NCBI GenBank assembly: GCA_016748015.1
Contig: JAAOMT010000303.1
Coordinates: 558,001 to 622,000 of the forward strand
Length of the DNA: 64,000 nucleotides
From: Geosiphon pyriformis uo1
Lineage: Eukaryota; Fungi; Glomeromycota
Reading direction: 5' to 3'
Of this stretch, positions 21,740 through 35,492 are shown piece after piece. Each line of letters opens with the position of its first letter. Positions within the stretch are counted from its first letter, which is position 1. Both the position numbers and the translations under genes were made by a program. The notes below the pieces were generated by a model. That model saw nothing but the letters and a program-made list of their open reading frames with translations, did not search any database and had not been told where the DNA came from.

Positions 21740-24494
21740 CTATTAATTCTTTTTCTTTCTCTATTGTTATTTCAAATTTGGCAGCAATTGCACTTAGCAG
21801 TTTTGCCATTTTATCAACCTGCTGTCTCAATTCATCAATTTCAGCCTTCTATGGTTGGTTGACTCCTTTTTTTGATTGTTCTTCCCTATTGTTCACTTGT
21901 GGACCAGGTTTTTGAGTATTGTTTGGATTGGTGTTGTTCTGGTTATGGAGCAGCCATATTAGCATATGATCTTCTACCAAAAACCTTGATGTTTTCTTCT
22001 GGAACATTCCTCTTAACATACAGTTTTGCCAATCTGATATTATTGGTAACTTTCTTGGTATCTCCTTTTTTTTTCTTATGCAGAGTTGGACATTTTGAGA
22101 CCAAATGTCCTACCTGGTAACAGAAGTGGCACTCTTTAGCATCAGTAGACATCCAGTGGACCAGTATGTCATCAATTACCAAGGGCTTTTTAGTGGCATT
22201 GTTGTGGCTAGTTTCACTGTCAAATCCTACATAAGCATAGCCCATCCTTGTGTAATTTTTACTAGTTCTTGGGATGAAGCAGGATCAGGCTTTGATTTGA
22301 TCTAAAGTGGTGCTCAAATAGTGAGCAGTACAGTTCTGTGGTAGGTCCACCAATTTAGCTTCCCAAGTTTTTCTCTGTTTAATGATCTTTTGAGTTCCAA
22401 TCATTGGATAAATTCTGACCACATCTTTTCTGACCATGGTTGATCATTGATCTACAGTTCTTGTTGCTTCTTCTTGGTTGTTATATTCAACTACTGCTGA
22501 TTGCCATTTGCCAGCCACTCTGATTTGGATTTTATTGACCTCACCAAATTCTCTCATAGCAGCCCCCACCTCTCTGTCAGAGATGCCCAAGGGGATATCT
22601 CTTACCAGAACTTTTTTTGACCAGCCATTTGGATGTTGACACCATCAGTAGTCATCAAAAATGATTCAATTTCATTATTTGCCAGAATTTCTCTGGCTTG
22701 GTCTCTTCCAGCCACTTGGGAAAAATCAACTCTGATTTCTTGGTTTCTAGCCATTACAGCCCCCAAAAAGTACCTGACATCTTTCAAAAGATTGTAGATC
22801 CATCCCACTTTCTTTCCCATGATTTTTTCAGGTATATCTAATGCTTGCACAAAAATACATGCCTTTTGGTCCCATGGACCACTGTTCTCTATCCTTCCTC
22901 CTGGTTTGCTTCTATAAGCATGGGTTTTTTGCCAAGTAACTTACTACTGTATTGTCCTGGACTTGAACTAGCCATTCTGCTTGATAGGCTTGATTCAGAG
23001 TTTTCTATGTCTTCTGTAACATCATCTGCATTAGGTTTATCTCTGTTTGCATCAAATGGATTGTCTATTTGTTCTTCATTCTCTAATGCAGAATTTCCCT
23101 TGTTAATCCTGTCCAAAATATCAGGATTGCACTTTTTCAGAGCTGCTTTTATTTGTGCAGCTCTGTTTCTGTCTTCTTTAGGCATTTTGGATGGTCCATT
23201 CATTTTTCTCAGGGACTTTGAGACTCTCTTTTCACCAATCTAAGCTTCCATTTGAAATTTGTTGCTATTTCCTCCTTTGTTGAATATTGGCTGCAAGACA
23301 AAGTTATTGGTTTGAACAGATGTGGTTTCGGGTAGGTTTTCTTCAGATATTTGGATAAATTTCTCAGTTAGCCCTTTTACACTTAATCTTCCAATGTGTC
23401 TGTATTTTTTGTTGGCCTTTTCCTCCAATTTGTTAGCTGTTATCAGAGAAAAGTCTGCTGCTCTCCTATGTGGAACTGTTTTTTTCGATGTGTTGGCTAT
23501 TCTAAAGGGTGTATCGTCTCCATTACTTGTGTTCACACTTCCAAATAGTCTATTGGTAGTTTCAAATCTAAATAGTGGTATAATAGGCCTTGCAGTTTCC
23601 ACAGTTGATGAATTTTATGGATTAATATTAATGCCTTCTCTTTTAGCAGTGGAAATTATGTTTCCCTCTACTTGGTATTCACTATCAATAATCTCTACAC
23701 TTGTATTTCTTTGCATGATTGATGTTACTTCACTGTTAACGTTGTTATCAGACACTTTTAAGTCTGTTGTGATAATAAAAATGATTTATTATAATTAAAA
23801 GTTTCTTTGCAAAAACTTATTTTTCAATTTTGAGACATAGTAAATTGTGTGGTAGCAGTCAAAAAAAAAAAAAAAGTTTTTTTTATGCTTTTTTACAGCT
23901 AAGAAATTCATTGCTTATATAGCTATTAAAAATGGTTAATGATCAGATCAATAATCAGATCAAGGGTCAAGTCATTGATCAGGTCAATGATCACTTTCTA
24001 AAAATAGAGTGGCTAATTTATATGACATCAGTGGCTAATACATGTAATAATTAATAAGAAGTATAAGTTTCAACCATAACATCATCCTTTCCAAAGAAAT
24101 TAAGCTTCAGCAAAATCAAGCTATTCATGGTGTAATTTATTTGAAGAGTTTTATTTAATTCAAAGCTAACTAGTTTGTTGAAATCTTTTGTGAATAGGAT
24201 ATATAATATTTGAGGTGAAATGAGTTTTGTATTCAAGAGACCAAATCTTTGTATTAGAGTTTTAGCTCTTTTAGCAATAGTTAAAACTCTTGAAACATCT
24301 AACCATATAATGCCCAAAATTTCTGTCTGTATCTTTAAAGTTGTTTTCTTCATGAGTTTCATATCCTTTATGATTTCTCTAAGATAACCATAGAGTTCTA
24401 ATTGCCTTCTATATGACAAGTTTTTGTCTATGGGTAAGATTTCTTGGAGTGTTTTTTCAATTGTGCTAAAAAGTGGGAGTATAGCTGTTGTTAT

Positions 24495-26923
24495 TTTTTT
24501 TGTTATTGTGTAACCACACTGGTTGTTTATTAATTATGACCACAGTAATATGACAGTTTCATAAAGCCAGCTTACCCAATAATATAAAATCACAAGATGC
24601 AGCTAACCACAAGCGGAAAGCCTTAACTATACACTAGTACTATTTTTGCTATCTAATATATTAAACATATCTAATTCATACATCTTACCCATAATACTAA
24701 CAAACTCATAACTATTTTTAACCATATCACTCATCCACTTAGCAGTCTGATCAGAACTGGATTTGATTCTGGAAGGCTGATCTTCCCATAGATGCATCAT
24801 AACATCAAAGATGTTATTATAAACTGAAAAGTCTTTATCATCATCATCATTATCATCAACATCATTAACCATGTTGTCAACATTTGATCTATTCTCCAAG
24901 CAGACCCATTTACATATTTTCTCAAGGCATGTCATTCTTTTCTGCATCATAGTGGCAACAGCAGCCAAGCCTTTATTTTGCTTAGCCAACCCATTCACAC
25001 ATTCCTTAACTGATACATTCATGGCAGATGGAGTAGACAGCAATTTGGTAACCAATGTAATCAGAGCACCAACAAATTCAACTAAAGGTTTAATTAACAC
25101 AGATAGTTCATTAAGGTGGGATTCCAGAGAAGCCAACCTAGATTTAACAGCAGAATTAAGAGCAGAAAAGACAGCAGGCAACATGGGTGTTGCAGTTTTG
25201 GAAGGACTACCAAGATCCAAGTCCATATTAGCAGCAGCAGCACCAGAAGAAACCACAAAAGCAGCAGCCTTGGCATAAAATTTAGATCCAACAAATGAAG
25301 ATTTGAAATTTTTGGGACCACCAAAGGTGTTGAAAAGAAGTTTGAGTGAGAAAGGAGGTAATTTCTTGCAGTTCACAGCCAAATGATTCAAGTCTTGACA
25401 TCTATAGCAGCAACAACATCCAGGAGTTTCCCACCAGATGCAACAATCATGCAAAGTACTAGTTTTTGACACAGCAACATTCAGAGATTCCAAAGAATTG
25501 AAAGTAATCACAGCAAAGCATTGACATTGATAAGATTCAGGTGAGCAAGGAATGAAACATGTACAGCCACAAACTTGGAAGACTAAATCACTTATCTCAA
25601 AGACAGTATAGCCAAATGAAAGATTGACCAACTTAGCTTTGAATACATCTCTTGAAGAAATAACCTCCTTTTGGTTGGCAATAGGAAGAATCCTAACACT
25701 ATCTTTTCTGACCAATATAGACCAGTTAGAGAGAGCAGCAGCAGAAGAAATGTCTTCAAAATTGACCACAGCATATTGCCATAAGCCAGCAGGCTTCAAT
25801 TTAACAGAAGTAACAACACCAAAAATGCCAAAAGCAGTTTTGATGTTATCAAAAAAGATACCCAAAGGTACATTGCACAGTGCAACTGACAAAAAAGGAG
25901 AAAAAACAGAGGCAACTCCAGAAGACCATGCAATTTTAAGAGTGGTTAATAAAATTTTATCAATAATGGCCACTTTGGTGGCATCATTTAGACTCTCCTA
26001 AGATGCAAATTCCACACAGAACAACTTAATAGCATCTTGTAAAACTGACTTAAGCCCAATACAACCAGGCAGCGACTGAAATAAGAAACTAAGCAGAGCT
26101 ATCTTGATTTTAAATGTAGTACCAGGTACCAAATTGGAGGCCACCCAATCAGAGAACCTCTGATGACTATTTATATTCTTCCAAGCACCACCATCAACAG
26201 CACCAAAAACTGGGGGAGGGACAGTTGATTCTATTTCCATCTGATCAGCCCAATTTTTGAGATTATCTGGATTGATGAACTGTTTTGCTATTGGAATTGA
26301 CAATGATCTGTCAGAGAGTACCACATTAGACAACACAACCAGTGGTTGATTTTGGCCCATTTTGGGAGATGTGCTGCTGCTGTTGCCATCCATATTAGGA
26401 AGAGAGCTGGCTGCTGCTGTGAAGATCTTACTAAAAATCTCATCTGGAACTACAAAGAGGTTTAATGTGACCATAGCAGTTGCAACTGTCTGCTGCTGTT
26501 TTTTGGAATATTTTGCTTTCATGGTCATTTGTGAAGCAGTAGTAGTAGAAGTAGTAATGGTAGTAATAAGAGCAGGAAAGACCAACTTGTTGACTGGTCT
26601 GTTATTAAAATCTTTGGACTTTTTGAAGTAGTGGAGACAACACTGAGACTAACCCAAGTGTGTCTTTTGGAAGAAACTTTGACTGGAAAAGAACTACCAG
26701 CCAAAGGTAAAGAAAATAAACCAGAAGTTACTAAAAGCAGCTTTTCACTAGAATTTTTTAAAAAAAATGTTGCCAGAATGTTTTGTCTAGCTGCTTCAAT
26801 AACAGAGAGACCCTCTTGTGTTGAAACTTTATTAGTTACTATAAAAAAAATAACATTTACAACTTTTTTAATCTAACTTTATTCATGGTCATGAAAATTA
26901 GAAGAGAAAAAGTTTTTACTTAT
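24495..26923 (-). mobile_element. Family C ORF1-only non-LTR element, copy C2, full length
   Basis: Poly(A) at 24494-24501; 16-bp TSD GTATAGCTGTTGTTAT (24479-24494) / GTATACCTGCTGTTAT (26924-26939); single ORF. Confidence 0.93.
24627..26892 (-). pseudogene. ORF1p-like protein of C2 (~755 codons: Ser/Thr-rich N-terminus, RRM-like domains, CX2CX4HX4C, coiled coil, acidic tail)
   Basis: Motif-by-motif homology with LINE D ORF1; CYRCQDLNHLAVNC. Confidence 0.87.
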
Positions 26924-28154
26924 GTATACCTGCTGTTATACTTTCCAACAGATATTTATCTATTTTGCTACCAATTTTTTTTCTTCTGGTAGTAGTTTTC
27001 TTTGGTCTTATAACAGTATGTGTTTTACTATTATCAGTTATAGTGGTTTGTTTTCCAATGGTCAGAGTAGTATTTGAATAGTTTTTGATCCAATACTCAT
27101 GGAAAGTATAGAAGGCATTTTGAATGTTTTGATCCAAAAAATAATTGTTCATGTCAATTGAAGATATCTCTGTTTTGAAAATAGTGCATTTATTTATACT
27201 TGATTTTTGCTGATTATTTAAGTTAGTATTATTACAATAGGCAACCAATCAGATCGTTTATGATATTTTTTGAGTCATATACCATTGAAGAATATAAGAA
27301 CCATTGTTCAAAACTTTGTTGACTATAAAGAGTTCTTTCTATCAGTTAGTAAATTTATCACCATAGACATTGTCTTTGTCTAAACAGTATTCCAATACCA
27401 AGTTACCAATACTTAAAGAAAGTGTTTTATAGGTTTTCTTTTTCTTAAATTTTTTTTGGAACTGTTATATTGTTACAGGTCAGAATAACAAGCTAATGGA
27501 TAGCAAGGGAGAACAGGATTGTAAAGTGATAGAAATAATTAAAGGGAATTCAACTTCAAAGAGTGAATTGAATAAGTATGGATTCAATGTGCGAGATCAG
27601 TTTCATAAAATATCTCAGTCGCTATACTTTTCAAAGATAATTGAGGAATCTGAAGGTAGAGAAATAGTCCATACTGTCAACAAATAATCACACTTGGTAT
27701 AATTCTATGCCTTACATCAGCACTCTTAGAATTCAATATCAAATATCAGATATACTCTTCAGTCATGTTTTATTCAATAATCTCCAAATGTTGCAATTAC
27801 ATGTTTCAAGAAAAGAGTAAAGAATAACCAACAAATAATCTTTTATCTTTAAAATGTTCAAATACTTGAAAGTAGGAAAAGAGAAATTAGTAATAAGAAA
27901 AAGATTGAGATAAAAGTTGTTATTTTATTTATTTAATTTCTTTGATTTCTTCATGCTTTTCTACAGTTAAAAGATTTATCACTTATATAGCTGTCAAAAG
28001 TGGTTAATGATTAAGTCAACAACTAGGTCAATAATCAGGTCAATAATCAGGTCAATGATTAGGTCAACAGTTAGGTCATTGATCAGGTCAATAATTACTT
28101 ACTAAAAATAAAGTGGCTAATTTATGTGACATCAATGACTAATACATGTAATAA

Positions 28155-28811
28155 TTAATAAAAAGTATAAGTTTCAACTATAACATCATTCTTTCCAAAG
28201 AGATTGAGCTCTGGCGAAATCAAGCTATTCATGGGGTAATCTATTTAAAGGGTTTTATCTAACTTAAAGCTAACTAGTTTGTTGAAGTTTTTTGTGGATA
28301 AGGTATATAACATTTAAAACAAAATGAGTTTTGTATTCAAGAGACCAAATCTTTGTATTAGAGTTTTGGCTCTTTTAGCAATAGTTAAAACTCTTAAAAC
28401 ATCTAACCATATAATGCCCAAAATTTCTGCCTGTATTTCTGAAGTTGTTTTCTTCATGAGTTTCATATCCTCTATGATTTCACCAAGATGACCATAGAGT
28501 TTTAATTGCCTTTCATATAACATGTTTTTGTTTATGGGTAAGATTTCTTGAAGTGTTTTTCCAATTGTATTTGAAGGTGGAAGTATAGCTGCTGTTATAC
28601 TTTTCAACAGATATTTATCTATTTTACTACCAATTTTTTCTCTTCTGATAGTAGTTTTCTTTGGTCTAATAACAGTATGTGTTCTACTGTTATCAGTTAT
28701 GATGGTTTGTTTTCCAATGGTCAAAGTAGCATTTAGATAGTTTTTGATCCAATACTCATGAAGAGTATAGAAGGCATTTTGAATGTTTTGATCCAGAAAA
28801 TAATTGTTTAT
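28155..28811 (-). pseudogene. Accessory ORF3 of A4
   Basis: 657 nt, homologous to 8312..8968. Confidence 0.8.
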
Positions 28812-28852
28812 GTTGATTGAAAATACCTCTGTTTTGGGAATGATGCATTTAT

Positions 28853-30166
28853 TTATACTTGATTTTTGCTGATTATTTGAGTCAGTATTACCACAACAGG
28901 CAGCCAATCAGATCGTTTATGATATTTCTTGAGTCATGTACTGTGAACAGGACAATTATTGAAGATTGTTCTGGATTGATCTTAAAGAATATAAAAACCA
29001 TTGTTCAAAACTTTGTTGATTATAAAGAATTCTTTCCATCAACTAGAGAATTTATCACCATAAACATTGTCTCTATCTGAATGGTATTCCAATACCAAGT
29101 TACCAACACTTAAAAAAAGTGTTTTATAGGTTTTCTTTTTCTTAAGCTTTTCTTAGAACTGTTTTATCTTTTCAAAAGCAATTATTTGTGTTTCTACCAA
29201 GAAGTCAAGAATAGTACCAAGTCTTTTTTGCAAAATGTCTTTGTAATTCCCTATTGTGATCTTTTCAAAGGGTATTGTTTTAATATTAGTTTCTATTGGT
29301 AGTGTTGTCATGTATCCATAAAGCAAATAAAAAGATTCATAACTTGTTATGTCATGATTTACAGTTCTATAAGCAAACAAAGCTGAAGGCAGTACTTTGT
29401 CCCATAAGTTTGTTTTTTTACTGGTTTTGGCTAAGGTTTCACATAATGTTCTATTAAAACATTCCACTAAGCCATTTGTTTGGGGGTGATAAGAAGAGGA
29501 AAGTTTATGACATATTCCTATTTTTCTACAAAGTTCTTCAACCAGTGTACTGAGAAAAACTCTTCCTTTATCAGATAAAAGTTCTTTGGAGCAGCCATGA
29601 TGGCAGATGATATCTTCATAAATGAAATTGGCTATTGAGACTGCTGTTTGGTCTGGGGTGGCTTTTGCTTCTACCCACTTTGTAAGATAGTCAGTAGTTG
29701 TGATAATATATCTGTTGCCATCAGGAGTTATTGTTAAAGATTCAACAACATCTATACCAATTCTGTTAAATGGTTGACCAACAGAGATTGAATGAATATC
29801 TTCTTTGTGATTGGATTTGCCTCTTTTTTGGCAGATGTTATAAGTTTTAATGTATTCAGCAATGTTTTTTCTCAAAGTAGGCCAATAATAACAAGCTAAA
29901 GTTTTCTGAATTGTTTTTGTTTTTCCAAAGTGTCCAGCTAATGGGTCAGTGTATATGTTATATATTACAATTTCTCTTTCTTCAAATCTGATAACTCTTT
30001 GGGGGCAGTCAGAATCTTTTCTGTTTCTTTTGTATAATTGGTTCTGGTGGATCAAATAAAAATTTGATTGTTTGTGCAAATTTTTTCTTTGCTGTCAAGT
30101 GTATTCTGGTGGGTATTGTTTTTTACCCAAAAATTTCATTAAGGCAGAGTAGTTGTCCAAGTTTAT
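28853..30166 (-). pseudogene. Integrase of A4
   Basis: ORF 29153..30079; HHCC, YHPQTNGLVE. Confidence 0.92.
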
Positions 30167-30232
30167 TATTGTGTTTGTTTTTATGAAAGAGTTACTAATA
30201 ATTAAGTTGGTTTGATTTAAGAAGTTGTACTA

Positions 30233-32919
30233 TTACTGAATGGTAAATCTAGATAGAGTATTGGCATTTTGATGATTTGCTTCTTTGCAGTGTTGAATAT
30301 CATAGTTGAATTCATCCAAGTGGAGTATCCAGTGAGTTATTTTTTTGTGTTTTAGCTTCTTTTTCTTGCACAGCCAAACCAAGGCTTGATGATCTGTTAC
30401 CACTAAGAATTTTGTACCAAAAAAATATTGATCCCAGTAGCTAGTAGCCCAAACTATTGCTAGGCATTTCTGTTTTGTAACTGAGTAGTTCTTTTCTGCT
30501 GGTGTGAGGGATCTACTGGCATATGCTATGACATGTTCTCTGCCATATTCATCTTTCTGTGAAAGGACAGCACCAAATCTATAGCCAGATGTATCAGTGT
30601 GGAGGATAAAAAGTTGGTCCAGATCAGGTTGTTTGAGAATTGGTTTAGTAACAAGTTTTTCCTTCAGAAATTCAAAAGCTTTTTGGTGATGAGTGGACCA
30701 GTGATAATTGACATTTTTCCTGAGTAGTTGATTAAGAGAAAAAACGATTTTGAAGAAATTCTTGATAAATTTGCAATAGTAAGAAGCTAAACCAAAAAAA
30801 GAGCATAGTTCAGGAACATTCATTGGTTGTCTAATGTTTTGAACTTTTTCAACTTTAGCTGGATCAGGGAAAATTCCATCTTTTGTAATAAGATGACTAA
30901 GGAACTGGGTGGATTGGCATCCAAAGAAAAATTTGATTGGATTGATTTTAAGACCAGCATTTTAGAGCAGGTCAAAAATCTTTTGTAAATGTTTAAGGTG
31001 TTTATTCTAGGTTTTTGAATATACTATTATGTTGTCCAAGTAAACCAGAACAAAGTTTTCTTTTACTGATTCAAACACTTTATTCATTAGGCATTGAAAG
31101 GTGAGAGAAGCATTGGTGAAACCAAAAAGCATGACTGTAAATTCATAGGTGTCATACTTGGTGATGAAGGCAGTTTTCTTTCTGCTTTCTGAATTCATCT
31201 CTACTTGCCAGAATCTAGCAGTTAAGTCAATGGTTGAGAAAAAAGCAGCACCATTGAATTTATCTAGCATTGCATCAATTTTGGGGAGTGGGTACATGTC
31301 TCTTATAGTGATGGCATTTAGTTGGTGGTAGTCAACACAAAAGTGTAGAGTTCCACTTTTCTTAGATACCACTACAACTGGAAAAGCCTATTCACTCTTG
31401 GTTTCTTGTATGAATTTAAGATCTTTTATCCAGTTTATTTCTTTCTTGATAAACTCATCATTGTGTCAATTGGATTGATAAGGCTTCAAATGAATGGGGC
31501 AAGTTTCTTTAGTGGTGATGGTGTGTTGTATCACATGGGTTCGTCCAGGGGTATTACTTTCTTTTGAGATAACTGGGCTATTTCTAGCCAACAGATTTTC
31601 AATGTCCATTTTTTTTCCTTCAGAGGAAGGTTCTCTTTGTTCTACAACTAGTGATTGGATTTCAGGTGGTTCATTCTCAAAGGACTTTTGTACTTCTTTA
31701 AGTTCTTCTCAAAGTATCAAGCTAATTGGTTTTCAATTTTTGTAATAGATTAGACAGGATTTGCATTCATCACTTGGTAAATACAAAGATTTATTACACC
31801 AGCACCATGCACAAGAGCCATGCCACCAATAACTGTATTTTGCTTTCTTGCTAGGTTTTCTGTTAAAAGTTTTTTTAAGAATATCATAGTAGGACCAGCA
31901 GATCAACTTGCCATTTACCATAATTCCTTCTTTATTAGCTTTAATATTGTTTAGTGACTTGCCATTACTGGTGAAAATGGTATAAGTGAGTTCAGCAGTT
32001 TCTTCTGATTCTTCTTGATCTTCTTCATCATCACTTTTATCATTATTTGATTCATCTGATTGTTCTTCTTCTTGGTTCTGCTTAAGTACTGGAGGAGTTG
32101 TCCAATGTCAACATTTAACCACAATAGGTCTCTCACCACATCTGATGGTTAGTTCGCAAAGTTCATAGTCAAGTAGTGCTTTGGCTTTCTTAAGCCATTC
32201 ATTACCAACAATGATAGTGTACTCTTTTGCTTCAGATACTTCCATATCTGTTTTAATGCTAATATCATTGATGCAAACAGAAATAGCTTTGGCTATGCCC
32301 AGGTCTTTTTTCTTGTTATCATGTACATTGGTTATTGGTCTTGTGGAAGACTCATCAATCTTTCTGCCAATTGCTTCAAAAAAATGTTTGGCAATTACAC
32401 TAACAGATAATCCACTGTCTAAGATCAGATCAATGAAGTAACCAGCCACTTGGGCTTTACAAATCAAAGAAGTAACATTGCTGTTATCAGCAAGTCCAGC
32501 TTGGCAAGAGTGTTTGTTGGTTTTTGGTGTCTTCTTTGGTATCAATGATTTGCAAAGATTGTTTCTGAACTGTAGATGAGTTATTAGTTGGCCAAATGTA
32601 ATGTATGCTGGGGTTTCCATAAGATCTTTAACAACAGAATAGGGTCCAAATTTTTGTACAATTTCTGGAGATTCCATATTTGGAGAATTTTTAAAAACCT
32701 TAGCCTTTGGTGGTGCATTGTTATTAGTAGATGATTTAGATGCTTTGTTTGGGTTCAAGACGAAATCAACCTTGGCTTTCTTCTTCTTTCTGGTTGATTC
32801 AGAGGTGTTGATTGCTAGTTCATTCATATCATGATCATCATCAGTTAGGTTAAAAGCATAAAAGAGGTTTTCTTCTGGTTGGCTTGCACTTTTACCCTTT
32901 GGAGGTATACCAGTTTAAA
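30233..32919 (-). pseudogene. pol: pol (PR-RT-RH) of A4
   Basis: ORFs 32108..32827, 31007..31372 and 30233..30823. Confidence 0.92.
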
Positions 32920-34640
32920 GGCTGATAAACAGTGGCTTCAACTAGGAGATTCTCTCCAAAGAAATTGATGTTGGCATGATTAATTCTTTGGTTGGAAATA
33001 TTATTGTTAATGGTTTTATTGTTTTGATTGTCATTGTTTCTGCAATGGAAGATTGTTGCAGTCTTTTGAGAAGTGTCCAGTTAGTCCACAATGATAGCAC
33101 ACAGGTAGGCCACAATTTTGCTGTCTTTGATATGATGATTGTTAAGGCTGATTAAAATGGGATTCAAATCTGGGTCTTTGGGGTTGTTGATTCTCTCTAA
33201 CTGCTTGGACCAATGGTTCTAATAGCTGGACAAAATTAGTTGTAAGTCTATCTATTAACTGTTCATTTGGGTCTTGAGTTTGTGTAGCAAAAGAAATAGC
33301 AGCCATTTGGGGAGCAAGAGCTATAACAAAAGCAGGAGCAAAAACTGGAAGTGTAGATCCTAGGTGCATCCTTTGATTGTCTTCTATTCTCTAAACAAGT
33401 TCAATGACCATATCCATTGTGGGATTATCTTTTAAGGCCAAAAGAAGCCAAAAAGCATATGATAGCTCAGTTCTCAGTTCTTTTGTAAAGGAATATATTT
33501 TCTGCTATTTTTCCAGAGTTTACCCATTTAATGAGTTTTCTTATTGCTTTGGCATATTTTGTCACAACCTCACCAGGGCCTTGAGTTCTTTTTTCTAATT
33601 CTATATGCTATTTTGAGATTAAAATGAGAGTTCTAAATTTAGTTTCAAACTGGGTAGTAAAAGAGGTGTTGTCTTCTCCAGCATTTGCCAGTGTTATCAG
33701 AGGTTTTTGGTCTCTTTTCTGTAATGTTGTTGATACTTGTTTGCTGTGAATTTATGTTTTCTGAATGTGGTTGAACCTCCAGTAACTGAATTTTCTTTTC
33801 AAATTATCTCCTATAATTTGAACTGCTGGGCTTATAAGTGAAATGGCCAATTCCTTGCCAGTTACTTTATGTAGTTACATTGTAGTAAACGTCAACTCTT
33901 TTTCAGAAATTGCTCGTCTGGAAGCTCACTAAAAATGTGTAGTTACTTTGCTGTGAAAGTCAACTCTTCTACAGGAATCTTGTCTGTAGGCTACCCTAAT
34001 GATTGTAATAAGAAAAGAAAAAAAAATAAAAGAAATATAAAAAAAATTGAATTCTGTCAAGGAAAACGTTTTCTATCCAGGCCTGAAGTCACTAACAGTT
34101 TACTGAAATTAGTAGCTAATCAATTTCAAAATGTTAGTTAGGTTTTGGGGATTTTCCAAGTGCAATAATTAAAAAATTTGGTTTTTCAATTTATTTGATA
34201 TTTATTTCTTTTTGTGTGTAGGAATGGTTCTAAGTGATAAATCTAAAGTAAGATACATTTTCTTGAAGAGAAAAGCTCTTCTTTTATACAACTTGTTGTA
34301 ATACTAGTCTATGAACTTGCACTTTTTCTTTTTGCTCAAATTTTGGCGAACTAAAAATACATTTTGATGAACTACAAGTTATTTTGCTGAACTATTGATT
34401 AATTTGGGTGAACTATTCATAATTTCGGTGAATTTCTGTAAATTTCGGCGAATTTTAGAATGTTACAAAGTTCAGAGTATTGTGTAATTTGATCATCCTA
34501 CTTTCTGTTATATTAATTAGATTATTTTAATTGAATTGTGATATGTGATAATTGATTAAATAATAAATAATAATTTGAAATGATATTAATATACTAATTA
34601 ATTATAGGAATTATAAGGGTAATTTCATGCTAATTAATAG

Positions 34641-35346
34641 CTAAAATTCTATTGGTAACATAATCTCCTTTTCAAGACTGAGCTCTGTCAAAATCCAAGC
34701 ACTATCTGTAATATTGTGATAGTGATCCAAAATAATTGAAGTAATCTGATCTGAAAATTGTTGAAATTTCAGTTCTGTGAGTTTGCCAATGTATTAGATT
34801 TTTATTGGTTGTAATATTAGATTCTGTAGAATATTTTCACAAGTATTAAACAAATCATAGAGTCTAAAAGCTGCTTTAAGTTTGTAACGAGTGTTTGTTG
34901 ATCCCGCTGCTGTTTTGAATTCATTGTAGATTTGTTTTTGTATAGCTTTAGGAGTGATTTTTGTTGCTTCAAGTTCCAGTTTTCGTTCAAAGTGTCTTTC
35001 TAATGTAAAAGTATTTATAGATAGAGGTGTGTTCATTGTTCTGTTCATTGAGAAATAGTAGAAGTTTTTGTTGCATTGTAGCATTTGGTAGAATGTCAAT
35101 AGGAGCAATTAAAAAATTTTCTTCTAGTGCTTGCTTCAAAAGTCTTGGTAACCTATTTTCAGAGTGACTTTTTGTTTTTTTTCTATAGGGGTAATAGTTC
35201 TGTGAATGATTTGCTACTGGGGCTGTGGTTTTTTTTTGAATATAATTAATTTGACTTTCATTAATTGTTATGAATAAGTCAGAAAGTGTTTTTAAGGCTA
35301 ACATTAACTTTTGAAATATTTGTTGAATATTTCGGGGAATAATCAT
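34641..35346 (-). pseudogene. Accessory ORF3 of family B (one frameshift, one stop)
   Basis: ORFs 34987..35346 and 34794..35108 join; the frame continues through the PPT to a stop inside the 3' LTR. Confidence 0.7.
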
Positions 35347-35492
35347 GATAAAATTGACTAATTATGAAAAGAGAAAATAAGGAAAATTATTTTTTGGAAT
35401 ATGGGGTTTTTATTTGTTTTTGGGTTTGGGTATTTTTGTAATTTATTTACTATTTTTGTCTTTGTGTTTTTATTAGAGAATTATTGTAAAAT

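Larger units (their letters stand above)
20017..23884 (-). mobile_element. LINE D 5' region and ORF1 (RRM-like domains plus CCHC), interrupted by two solo LTRs; ORF2 continues at 4916
   Basis: RDIPLG, AGKWQSAVV, VRKDVVRI, AKLVDLP, CFIPR, CHFCYQVGHLVSKC; APE motif I near 20040-20065. Confidence 0.87.

Noticed and set aside
24627-25973. Host RNA-binding gene
   Set aside because: Seven decayed intronless copies with poly(A) and TSDs, and homology to LINE ORF1
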